Below are positions 1 to 7,897 of a stretch of 64,000 nucleotides of DNA, piece by piece. Under the pieces are notes generated by a model. That model saw nothing but the letters and a program-made list of their open reading frames with translations, was not told the DNA's origin and did not search any database. The DNA lies in NCBI GenBank assembly GCA_019661945.1, contig JAIFWI010000003.1, forward strand, positions 1,126 through 65,125, in the 5' to 3' direction. Made by a program: the position numbers and the translations under genes. Within the stretch, counting starts at the first letter, position 1, and every line of letters begins with the position of its first letter. The stretch comes from Candidatus Parcubacteria bacterium (GTDB lineage Bacteria; Patescibacteriota; Minisyncoccia; Phycocordibacterales; JAKAEA01).

Positions 1-2
1 GA

Positions 3-866
3 GGGCCAGCATTTTTTGGCGAAGACAGATTTGAAAAAGTTACAGCCACAGGGAAGCATACAATATCTGCTATTGGAGACAGCAGCTCGGAAAAAAAGAA
101 AGTTTTAAAAATACCTGTAAAGCTTCCACGTTCAGGGTATGGAGATGCTTTGTATATTGAATATCGAACACCAATTGGGCTTGATAAGCCTGCAGCAGGG
201 TATGATATCGGGCGGGTAGCTTGGATAACTAAGGCATACCAAGGTCTGGGTTTTAAAGTGAGGCGGGATTTTCTGACGACCTTACCAGGTGACAAAGAAG
301 AAATAACAGATAGAGACGACCCCAATGTTCCAAATGCTCCATCAGCTGTATTTATCAAGTCTCTTGATGTATCAGATGTGTTTCTTGATAGCGTAAATGA
401 TATCAGAATAAAGCGTGTGCCCACTGATCCCCCTAATGAAAAAGAGGCGACATTTTGTGTGACATTTAAAGCAAGCGAAAACAAAGAAGACTGTCCAGAT
501 CCATCACCGAGTCCGTATTATAGTCCTACTCCCACTCCGTATGTTTATCCACCACCAGTAACAAAACCTCCTGTCTGGCCTGAGCCGCCGCCAATAACCA
601 AACCACCACAGCAACCCAATCCACCACCAGTTACCCAACCGCCAGGGGGATCGTATCCTACTCCTAGACCAAGTCCAACATATGCTCCTTCGCCAAGCTC
701 AGTATCTACACCTGCTGCCTCACCAACATCACAGCCTTCACCATCTCCGAGCTCAAGTGGAAGTCCACAATCAACATCTGCTGCCATACCCAAGAGTCAA
801 ATTGGCAATACATTGCCAGCCGCCCAATCCTTTTTTGAGCGTCTCTTACATTTATTCGGATTCTAA
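3..866 (+). CDS. C-terminal part of a secreted/surface protein with a Pro/Ser/Thr-rich low-complexity tail (5' end lies outside the window)
   Basis: The reading frame is open from nt 3 with no stop before the listed TTG at 150. The C-terminus carries PPPVTKPP/PPPITKPP/PPPVTQPP repeats and a run of S/P/T. It is coding-like and AT-rich. Confidence 0.55.
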   Translation, partial: GPAFFGEDRFEKVTATGKHTISAIGDSSSEKKKVLKIPVKLPRSGYGDALYIEYRTPIGLDKPAAGYDIGRVAWITKAYQGLGFKVRRDFLTTLPGDKEEITDRDDPNVPNAPSAVFIKSLDVSDVFLDSVNDIRIKRVPTDPPNEKEATFCVTFKASENKEDCPDPSPSPYYSPTPTPYVYPPPVTKPPVWPEPPPITKPPQQPNPPPVTQPPGGSYPTPRPSPTYAPSPSSVSTPAASPTSQPSPSPSSSGSPQSTSAAIPKSQIGNTLPAAQSFFERLLHLFGF

Positions 867-875
867 CTTTCAGTA

Positions 876-2095
876 ATGAAAAAGACACATTGGTATATTT
901 TCATACTTTTACTTCTGAGTGTCGGCACACATTTTTCATATTTTGGTTATCCAGAACAGGTGGTGTTTGATGAAGTGTACTTTGGTAGATTTGTGAGATT
1001 GTATCAACATGGTCAATATTATTTTGACCAGCACCCACCGCTTGGAAAATTAATTATTGCCAGGCACCAAAATCACCGAGCCATTTGAAAAAATAAGCGA
1101 GCCTGCCTCGAGCCGCAGTCTTTCTGTCATGAGATTTCTACCAATGCTCGCCGGCACACTTTTACCCCTTATTATTTTCGGTATTTGTCGTTACCTCAAA
1201 TTCGGAAACACAGCCTCACTTCTAGCTGGGTTAATGGTTATTTTCGAAAACTCATTGCTTGTGCAATCGCGTTTCATTTTGATTGATCCATTTCTGCTTT
1301 TATTTGGTTTCAGTAGTTTATTGACATACCTGGCCTATCGAGAAAAAAGGAATTGGAAATTGTTTTTGCTGGCAGCTATTTGCGCTGCACTTACTATAAA
1401 TATAAAGTGGACAGGCTTAACATTTCCATTTCTTATAGTTCTGATGGAATTGTATCGAGTCTGGAAAAATAAAAGTGAATGGAAGGGATTTATTAAGCGC
1501 GGCCTTATATTTACCTGCATAACTGCTGTTATCTATATTGGATCATTTGCTATTCACTTTGCGCTTTTGTCGAATCCTGGCCCAGGCGATGCGTTTATGA
1601 AGTCATCGTTTCAGTCTGAGCCTTTTTTTCAAAAATTTACTGAACTTAATACTGAAATGTTTCAGGCGAATAGGAGACTCACTGCCGAGCATAGTTATGG
1701 CAGTAAATGGTATACCTGGCCGGTAATGTACCGCGGCGTTTATTATTGGCAGCATTCTACAGAAAATGAAGAAGCTCGGATTTATTTTCTTGGCAATCCA
1801 ATACAGAGGTGTTTTACTTTTCATTATCGTTGGCTATGGTGTAAATTTCCTGCCGTTTATTCTTATCGGTCGGGTAATGTTTTTGTATCATTATATGGTT
1901 GCTCTCATTTTTGCCATTATAGCGTTAGCATTCATGATCGATCAGATTTCCCACACCAAATTCAAAAGGATTGCAGCCGGTGGTTTGATTATTATCTGTG
2001 CTCTATCATTTCTCTATTTTGCCCCCTTAAGCTATGGTTTATCACTGAAGAAGGGCCAATTGGATCATAAATTTTGGATCTCGACCTGGGAGTAG
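876..2095 (+). pseudogene. PMT-family (GT39-like) dolichyl/polyprenyl-phosphate-mannose protein O-mannosyltransferase homolog, broken by two +1 frameshifts
   Basis: Three consecutive ORFs in frames 0, +1 and +2 (876-1088, 1057-2070, 1766-2095) together give the PMT signature. It runs from the N-terminal DEVYFGRF...FDQHPPLGKL motif through MRF..LAGTLLPL to the C-terminal NFLPFILIGRVMFLYHY. The frame switches fall near 1058 and 1800. Confidence 0.65.
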
Positions 2096-2098
2096 GGG

Positions 2099-2127
2099 TT
2101 GACTTCGTGTATTTATTATGCTATTAT
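2099..2127 (+). promoter_or_regulatory. sigma70-like promoter (TTGACT-17-TATTAT) for a small GC-rich two-ORF module
   Basis: The -35 element is TTGACT at 2099-2104 and the -10 element is TATTAT at 2122-2127, with a 17-nt spacer. Confidence 0.35.
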
Positions 2128-2172
2128 ACATGAGGATCGCCGATACTCGTGCTCGTGAAAGGAGTACACCGA

Positions 2173-2268
2173 ATGAGCAAGAAGCTCTATGTTAGGTTCG
2201 ATCGTTGGAGTCTGGGACTCGTCATTGGACTCGTTGCCGCTCTGGTAGCGTGTTACCTCGCATCCTGA
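2173..2268 (+). CDS. 31-aa hydrophobic peptide (MSKKLYVRFDRWSLGLVIGLVAALVACYLAS)
   Basis: A Shine-Dalgarno site AAAGGAG lies 6 nt upstream of the ATG. The peptide has one predicted TM helix. The ORF is GC-rich compared with its flanks. It is too short to appear in the ORF track. Confidence 0.25.
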   Translation: MSKKLYVRFDRWSLGLVIGLVAALVACYLAS

Positions 2269-2280
2269 CACCGAGGACCA

Positions 2281-2439
2281 ATGACGAGATCAGAGACGGA
2301 AGACTTTCGTCACGACAAAGTCAATGAGATGAGAGCAAAAATCGCAGCCGGGACGGCCGAAATGCCGTTCAAGCTCGATCAAGCTCTCAATCGGCTTACT
2401 GCCGAACTCATGGATGAGTCCGAAGAAGAGCTCGGGTGA
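2281..2439 (+). CDS. 52-aa acidic protein with a weak resemblance to the FlgM anti-sigma C-terminal motif (KIAAGT...KLDQALNRL)
   Basis: A Shine-Dalgarno site GAGGA precedes the ATG. The gene is GC-rich. A hairpin (AAGCCG...CGGCTT) plus a T-run follows the stop codon. Confidence 0.3.
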   Translation: MTRSETEDFRHDKVNEMRAKIAAGTAEMPFKLDQALNRLTAELMDESEEELG

Positions 2440-2500
2440 TAGTTCAAACGAAGCCGTGTTCCTGGAGGACCGCGGCTTTCATTTTGCTATAATGTAGAGC

Positions 2501-4195
2501 ATGAATCGTAAAAATATTGCAGTCTGGGTAAGTCTTGCCGCTCTTATCATTGTTCACCTGATTCTTCTTTCAAAAACATTTTATATTGACCCGGATGGCA
2601 GCATTCGTACAGCAGGCGCCGGGTATGGCGATATCCCATACCATTTAACTGAGATTACTAAATTTGCATTCTCTCCTTTTGATTTAAATGAGCCTATTTT
2701 TTACGGCACGAAACTACATTATCCATTTGTTATAAATTTAATCAGCGGTCTATTGTTGGGGCTGACTGGTTTATGGACGTTTTCAGTTATGGCTCCTGCA
2801 TATCTTTGTGCCATTGCCAGTGTCTTTTTGATATTTTTTATCTTCAAAAGATGTTTTAACCATCGTGGTTGGGCTATAGCTGCCATAATGATGTTTTATC
2901 TAGGAGGAGGGATGTCGGGAACAACATATATCATAGAAAACACATTTTATAAAAAAGATCCACCGAGAAGCTCAGAGACGATTCTTCTCGGTGCAAAATA
3001 TCCCGAACAAAACATTACTTATGGAGCACCACTTGTTCAGTTTTTCCTTCATCAGCGGACATTTATTATAGGTTTTTTTGCTTTTCTTTGTACGGTAAGT
3101 CTTTTCATTTTAACGTTCGAAAGAAAGCGTTGGAAATATGCTATTGCTGGAGGTGTTGCTCTTGGAATCATGCCACTTATTCATACCCATAGTTTCGTGG
3201 CAGCCTCATGTTTACTTGGATGTATTTTGCTGTATGCCATTCTAAAAAGAAATACCCTTGCCCTCAAGCAGTTTGGTTTACTTCTGGGTATTGCCGTCGT
3301 TATTGCATTACCCCAGATGGTGTATCTTTTAGGACAGAAGTCATTTTCAGAAGAAAATACCTTCAGTCTTTTCCGGCTTGGTTGGATGATATTGCCGGCA
3401 TTTGGCTCAGTTCAATTTCCTTCCGGTGTAGAACCAACGGCATTTTCTGTGGAATTTCTGAAGTTTCTATGGATGAATTTCGGTTTTTTTATACCGTTGT
3501 TTATCGCTGCTGTAATTTTAATTATCAAGCAGTATAAACAAAAAGATGCGGCAGGTGGCTATATTGTGCTATCTCTTTTTGCATCAGGCATTCTTTTTTT
3601 TGCAGCAAATATAATTCGTTTTCAGCCATGGGATTACGACAATAATAAGATTATGGCCTATGCAGTTTTTTTTGCCATACCGCCAATAATCTATACATGT
3701 AGATATTGGATAGATAAAAAGAAAATAATTGGAATCCCTATTACAATTATCTCAATTGCTATAATTGTAAGTGCCGGGATTATTGACATCACTCCGCGTC
3801 TTACAACACCATATCAAAAATTACTAGTTATTTTTAATACGTCAGATAGGGATGTGGCCGAATACATCATTGCTGCTGTTCCCGAACAGGATCTGATATT
3901 AACAGGCGACTATCATCTCAATCCTGTTGTTTCGCTTGCCGGCCGGCCGGTATTGGTAGGCTATCCTGGCTGGATTTGGACTCATGGTATAGCATATGGT
4001 GAACGGCTCGATGAAATTAAAAAATTCTATCATTCACCCAACGATAATCTCAATTTTTTGGAGAAATATCCAATTCGATATGTTATGCAGACAAATCAAA
4101 CACGGAATGATTATAAAGCCGATGTTGATTTTTTTGAGAGGACATATGAGAAGGTATATAACTCCGGTCAATACACGCTCTATAAGATTAAATAG
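2501..4195 (+). CDS. 564-aa polytopic integral membrane protein, possibly a GT-C-fold glycosyltransferase; function uncertain
   Basis: It is a long ORF with many hydrophobic segments and it sits next to the PMT pseudogene. No firm family-level motif was recognised. Confidence 0.7.
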   Translation: MNRKNIAVWVSLAALIIVHLILLSKTFYIDPDGSIRTAGAGYGDIPYHLTEITKFAFSPFDLNEPIFYGTKLHYPFVINLISGLLLGLTGLWTFSVMAPAYLCAIASVFLIFFIFKRCFNHRGWAIAAIMMFYLGGGMSGTTYIIENTFYKKDPPRSSETILLGAKYPEQNITYGAPLVQFFLHQRTFIIGFFAFLCTVSLFILTFERKRWKYAIAGGVALGIMPLIHTHSFVAASCLLGCILLYAILKRNTLALKQFGLLLGIAVVIALPQMVYLLGQKSFSEENTFSLFRLGWMILPAFGSVQFPSGVEPTAFSVEFLKFLWMNFGFFIPLFIAAVILIIKQYKQKDAAGGYIVLSLFASGILFFAANIIRFQPWDYDNNKIMAYAVFFAIPPIIYTCRYWIDKKKIIGIPITIISIAIIVSAGIIDITPRLTTPYQKLLVIFNTSDRDVAEYIIAAVPEQDLILTGDYHLNPVVSLAGRPVLVGYPGWIWTHGIAYGERLDEIKKFYHSPNDNLNFLEKYPIRYVMQTNQTRNDYKADVDFFERTYEKVYNSGQYTLYKIK

Positions 4196-4253
4196 CCTTG
4201 TTTAAATGCTGATTTTCTGGTATGTTTTCAATACATTTTATAGGATACATTAT

Positions 4254-4321
4254 GCGAGTATAGCTCAGGGAGCGGGGCAGGAGTTGCGGATCTCCTCCTG
4301 CCCCTAATAATGACGAGGTCC
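4254..4321 (+). pseudogene. truncated tRNA-Ile copy with an embedded perfect hairpin
   Basis: The copy contains the tRNA 5' half (GCGAGTATAGCTCAGG) and a partial 3' part of the anticodon arm (ATAATGACGAGGTCC). Between them sits a perfect 10-bp inverted repeat, GGGGCAGGAG..CTCCTGCCCC (4274-4304). There is no T-arm or 3' acceptor strand. The intact tRNA follows immediately. Confidence 0.6.
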
Positions 4322-4329
4322 GCACATAC

Positions 4330-4403
4330 GCGAGTATAGCTCAGGTGGTTAGAGCGCGTCACTGATAATGACGAGGTCCCAGGTTCGAGTCCTGGTACTC
4401 GCA
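4330..4403 (+). tRNA. tRNA-Ile (anticodon GAT)
   Basis: Manual cloverleaf: acceptor GCGAGTA/TACTCGC, D-arm GCTC-AGGTGGTTA-GAGC, anticodon stem CGTCA/TGACG with loop CTGATAA, and T-arm CCAGG-TTCGAGT-CCTGG. The discriminator is A and no CCA is encoded. Confidence 0.85.
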
Positions 4404-4557
4404 CCGTTGACATAATGGCCTCAAGTTGTATTATTACCTCGGAGTGTGACCGATAGTCTTTCAAGGAGGTGACCTATCACCCAATAGTCTGAGTCCGTCC
4501 AGAAAGATCGGAGCGTCCGGTCTTGCGATAAAGGAGTACGCATCTCTCGAGGATCTC

Positions 4558-4890
4558 ATGTCTAGCAGGAAGCATCTTTCCGAGGCCTCAGTGTTGTTTT
4601 CGTCGGGGACCTTTCTCAACCCGGACGTCAGGCGATGCCAGGCGCGTAACGAACCTCCGCCCAAGCGGAAGAACGTCTCGCCGGAACTCCGAAACTTCGT
4701 CAACCTCTCCGGGGATCTCGAAGGGTTGTACGGCGATGCCTCAGGGCTGCTCGGGGTCGCCTCCGGTTGCATCGGTGACTGCACCGGCAAGCGGGGCGAC
4801 GTAACTCACTACGGCGGCAGAATCGAAAACATGCCGCCGGATCGAATCGCTCGTGTCGTCTCATCAAGGGCGATGCGACAGGCAAGCTAG
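4558..4890 (+). CDS. hypothetical 110-aa protein in a GC-rich (~60%) island
   Basis: A Shine-Dalgarno site GAGGA lies 5 nt upstream of the ATG. GC3 is strongly elevated in this frame. A strong hairpin terminator follows on the same strand. The antisense ORFs share the wobble position and are less well supported. Confidence 0.35.
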   Translation: MSSRKHLSEASVLFSSGTFLNPDVRRCQARNEPPPKRKNVSPELRNFVNLSGDLEGLYGDASGLLGVASGCIGDCTGKRGDVTHYGGRIENMPPDRIARVVSSRAMRQAS

Positions 4891-4920
4891 GGGCCACATA
4901 CAAGGAGTGCTCTTCAGAAC

Positions 4921-4955
4921 GAAGCGCCGACACCACCGTCGGCGCTTCTCTCATT
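4921..4955 (+). terminator. rho-independent-type terminator hairpin (GAAGCGCCGAC-ACCACC-GTCGGCGCTTC)
   Basis: The stem is a perfect 11 bp, followed by a pyrimidine/T-rich tail. It lies at the 3' edge of the GC-rich island. Confidence 0.5.
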
Positions 4956-5025
4956 GTCATATTTGCTTTAGAGAAAAAAATCAGTATGATGGTTAAACAT
5001 ATTACTCAATAAATTAGTTATAAAC

Positions 5026-6456
5026 GTGGTTAATAAGAAAACAAAGATAGTAGCAACGATTGGTCCGGCAACACAGTCAGAAGAAAAACTGACAGAACTT
5101 TTACATGCAGGATTTAATGTCATGCGTATGAATTTTTCGCATGGTGATTTTGCCGAGCATCAGGTGAAGGTTGATAATTTGAAAAAAGCTATTAAAAAAA
5201 CCGGTATTCCAGCAGCCATCATGCAGGACTTGGCTGGACCAAAAATCCGTATTGGTGATTTTAAAAATGGTTCAATTACCTTAAAGGAAGGTCAAACATT
5301 TACCATTACTACTGATGAAGTTGAGGGGGATGAAACGCGTGTATCTGTTAATTACAAACCGCTTCCAAAAGAAGTAAAAGTGGGCGGCTTCATTATGGTC
5401 CATGATGGCCGTAAAAAATTAGAGATTACTCAGATTAACGGTAATGATGTTGTTACTAAAGTTCTTATAGGTGGCGAGATTAAAGGCCGCCGTGGTGTGA
5501 ATCTTCCTGGAGCATATCTTTCTATTTCATCACTGACTGAGAAAGATAAAAAGGATATTGAGTTTGGCATTAAAAATAATGTGGACTTTTTTGCTTTTTC
5601 ATTTGTGCGCCGACCGTCTGATGTTAAAGAATTGCGAGACATTTTAAATAAACAAAAATCAGAGGCCCTTATTATTGCAAAAATTGAAGATCAGGAAGCC
5701 ATTGAAAATATTGATAAGCTTATTGCCCTGGTTGATGGGGTCATGATTGGGCGAGGAGATTTAGCTATTGAAATTGGCGCTGAAAATATGCCTTTGGTTC
5801 AAAAAATGATTACAGCAAAATGTAATGCTGCTGGTAAGCCCGTCATCACCGCTACTCAAATTCTTGAATCAATGATAAAAAATCCGGTGCCAACTCGAGC
5901 TGAGGTTTCAGACATTGCCAATGCTATCTTTGAAGGCACTGACGCTATTATGCTTTCAGAAGAGACAACACTCGGTGATTTTCCTGTTAAAGCAGTTGAG
6001 ACCATGAGTCTTGTTTCAAAGACTGTTGAAATGGGAGACTTGTATCAGCAACATATTCTGGATATGCAGAAATTGAAGCATGAGCTTATCAGTGAGCGAG
6101 TGGCTGATGCGGTCACGAATGAAGTCGTAGACATTGCAAATGCGGTTAAAGCCAAGGCTATTGTTGCTTTCACCGATTCAGGATTTACGGCTCGAATGAT
6201 TTCTCGTTACAAACCTCTCCAGCCATTAATTGCTTTTACACCAAACGAAAAAACACACAATCAATTATTGTTAAGTTTTGGCGTTACTCCAATTCTCATT
6301 GATAAAACTACTATGCTTAACGATGTTATGAAGCACGCAAAAGATTACTGTTTGAAAAATAACATTGGCAAGAAGGGCGATAAAATAGTCCTGGCCCTTG
6401 GCATGCCTTTCGGCAAGAAAGTAGATACCAATATGCTCTTGGTGGAGACAATCTAG
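5026..6456 (+). CDS. pyk: pyruvate kinase
   Basis: The N-terminus KKTKIVATIGPA...MRMNFSHG and the motifs MVARGDLGIE-like (MIGRGDLAIEIG) match Pyk over 476 aa. The start codon is GTG. Confidence 0.9.
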   Translation: MVNKKTKIVATIGPATQSEEKLTELLHAGFNVMRMNFSHGDFAEHQVKVDNLKKAIKKTGIPAAIMQDLAGPKIRIGDFKNGSITLKEGQTFTITTDEVEGDETRVSVNYKPLPKEVKVGGFIMVHDGRKKLEITQINGNDVVTKVLIGGEIKGRRGVNLPGAYLSISSLTEKDKKDIEFGIKNNVDFFAFSFVRRPSDVKELRDILNKQKSEALIIAKIEDQEAIENIDKLIALVDGVMIGRGDLAIEIGAENMPLVQKMITAKCNAAGKPVITATQILESMIKNPVPTRAEVSDIANAIFEGTDAIMLSEETTLGDFPVKAVETMSLVSKTVEMGDLYQQHILDMQKLKHELISERVADAVTNEVVDIANAVKAKAIVAFTDSGFTARMISRYKPLQPLIAFTPNEKTHNQLLLSFGVTPILIDKTTMLNDVMKHAKDYCLKNNIGKKGDKIVLALGMPFGKKVDTNMLLVETI

Positions 6457-6523
6457 TTAAATAAGATCTTTACATTTTAGCAAATTGTGTTAATTTTGCT
6501 ACGGACCTAACAGGAGAACCACT

Positions 6524-7036
6524 ATGCCTCAAGAAGTTCTTAGTTCCAAGGAACACACAGATCTGGTTGAACACATTGTGGAGTATCTGAAAGAGAAGGG
6601 CAAATTCGATCCTGAGAAGCGGATGCGGATTACTGCAGAGGTTATAGGTACCACCGTAGAAGAGGTTAAAGTTCTCTCCTTGAGTTTAAAAAGGAAAGGA
6701 CCAGCTGGTGCACTAACCGAGAAGACGGATGAACCGATGAATGATGAGCGATGGGAAGAGATCCTTTCTGCTGGGTTACCAAAAGGCTGGAAAACAGAGT
6801 TGGTAAAAGAACTGCGAGCTCGCAACAATTCTGTATGGGAGAAAGATCTGCCCGAAAGATGTAAGGATGTCTATTATCCTCTTGGTGGAGGAGTTAAAAG
6901 TACCTTTGTAGCATACGGCAACTTTTATGGCTCCATGAAACATTGTGGACTGAGAGAGAAGTACAGGCTCATTCAACAGTGGGATCGTGCTCGAAGAGAT
7001 AGTTTGATAAAGATGGTTGTGTTGAAACCAAAGTAA
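6524..7036 (+). CDS. hypothetical protein (170 aa), moderately GC-enriched
   Basis: A Shine-Dalgarno site AGGAGA lies 6 nt upstream. A terminator follows. No domain was recognised. Confidence 0.6.
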   Translation: MPQEVLSSKEHTDLVEHIVEYLKEKGKFDPEKRMRITAEVIGTTVEEVKVLSLSLKRKGPAGALTEKTDEPMNDERWEEILSAGLPKGWKTELVKELRARNNSVWEKDLPERCKDVYYPLGGGVKSTFVAYGNFYGSMKHCGLREKYRLIQQWDRARRDSLIKMVVLKPK

Positions 7037-7066
7037 GGCAGCAACGGCTGGCCTTTTTTCTTTTTA
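7037..7066 (+). terminator. intrinsic terminator (AGGCAGC-AACG-GCTGGCCT followed by TTTTTTCTTTTT)
   Basis: Stem-loop with one bulge, followed by a T-tract. Confidence 0.55.
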
Positions 7067-7071
7067 AAATT

Positions 7072-7104
7072 CTTTACTCTTATATAAAATAGCCTATAGT
7101 AAAG
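7072..7104 (+). promoter_or_regulatory. promoter-like element (TTTACT-16/17-TATAGT), copy 1 of a 33-nt direct repeat; drives tRNA-Leu
   Basis: CTTTACTCTTATATAAAATAGCCTATAGTAAAG. The tRNA begins 9 nt after the -10 box. The sequence is 31/33 identical to 9746-9778. Confidence 0.5.
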
Positions 7105-7108
7105 GCAC

Positions 7109-7190
7109 GGGCACGTGGCGGAACTGGCATACGCGTACGTCTCAGAAGCGTATCCCGCAAGGGTTGAGGGTTCGACTCCCTCCGTGCCCA
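7109..7190 (+). tRNA. tRNA-Leu (anticodon CAG), type II with long variable arm
   Basis: Manual cloverleaf: acceptor GGGCACG/CGTGCCC, 3-bp D-stem with GG in the loop, anticodon stem TACGT/GCGTA with loop CTCAGAA, variable arm CCC-GCAA-GGG, and T-arm GAGGG-TTCGACT-CCCTC. Length is 82 nt without CCA. Confidence 0.8.
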
Positions 7191-7240
7191 CTCGAGAAGG
7201 CACAATTGAGATATGGTTCATTCTAGGCTAGAATATAGTA

Positions 7241-7894
7241 ATGGAAGGAATGAAAAATTGGGATATATCCCCTGAAGAACCTAAAAAACCAGAAGGTAAG
7301 CTCAAGAAATGGGCTATGGCCACAGCCATCGGCCTTTCGACATTAGCAGGTACTGCAAAAGAGGCTGATGCGGTTGAGAGACCTTCTAAAAATACTGACG
7401 CCAAACAAGTAGAGAAGAAGGAAGAAAAAGAATCTGTCCAGAAGAAAGTTGAAAAGATAAACAAACGGCTCAATGAATTGAGACATGGTATGCCTGAAGA
7501 ATTTAAAGAAAAATACGATATCACGGCATTTCATCGCTTATCTGATAGTAAAGGTCAAACAGAATTTTACATAAAATATAAGGATGAATATTACGCAATT
7601 TCTGATAGTCAGGCAGAAGAAATTTTAACTCGGTACGAAGTTGGAACTAGAGCAATTCAGTTTTATCTTGATGGTATAAAAGATATAGATAAAGAGATGA
7701 CCGAGTATTCAAAAAAGCAGGGCATAGAGGACCATATTAGAAAATCACGAAATGAAGCATTCGAAAGTGATAAGGAGAGATTTAATGTTCAAGCCGAGCA
7801 AGCACGAGAAAAGAGAAATAAGGAAGTTGAAGAAAAAACTGAAACTGATTTGAAGATAGCTACAAAAGTGAAAGGAGATCCATTATTTAAATAA
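7241..7894 (+). CDS. hypothetical protein (217 aa) with N-terminal hydrophobic/signal-like segment and K/E-rich region
   Basis: Long ORF with host-like AT-rich codon usage. No domain was recognised. Confidence 0.6.
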   Translation: MEGMKNWDISPEEPKKPEGKLKKWAMATAIGLSTLAGTAKEADAVERPSKNTDAKQVEKKEEKESVQKKVEKINKRLNELRHGMPEEFKEKYDITAFHRLSDSKGQTEFYIKYKDEYYAISDSQAEEILTRYEVGTRAIQFYLDGIKDIDKEMTEYSKKQGIEDHIRKSRNEAFESDKERFNVQAEQAREKRNKEVEEKTETDLKIATKVKGDPLFK

Positions 7895-7897
7895 AAC

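Noticed and set aside
545-888. Antisense and alternative-frame ORFs inside the Pro-rich gene (545-793 minus, 682-876 plus, 706-888 minus)
   Set aside because: They are low-complexity artefacts of the repetitive CCA/CCG codons, with no start context.
1057-1824. Programmed +1 ribosomal frameshifting in the PMT-like gene
   Set aside because: There are no slippery or shifty motifs at either junction. Two independent shifts are more simply explained by pseudogenisation or assembly indels.
2501-4195. Calling the 564-aa membrane protein a second PMT/ArnT enzyme
   Set aside because: It lacks the DE..YF / HPPL N-terminal signature seen in the adjacent pseudogene. Only a generic GT-C-like topology is visible.
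4461-4960. Minus-strand ORFs 4461-4790 and 4700-4960 in the GC-rich island
   Set aside because: They share the wobble position with the SD-supported plus-strand ORF. They have a TTG or no good start and no SD. They are expected open antisense frames in GC-rich DNA.
4440-4960. GC-rich islands as assembly chimeras or contamination
   Set aside because: Each island is under 1 kb and embedded between intact, contiguous host genes, with precise promoter and terminator junctions. Contamination would not produce this.
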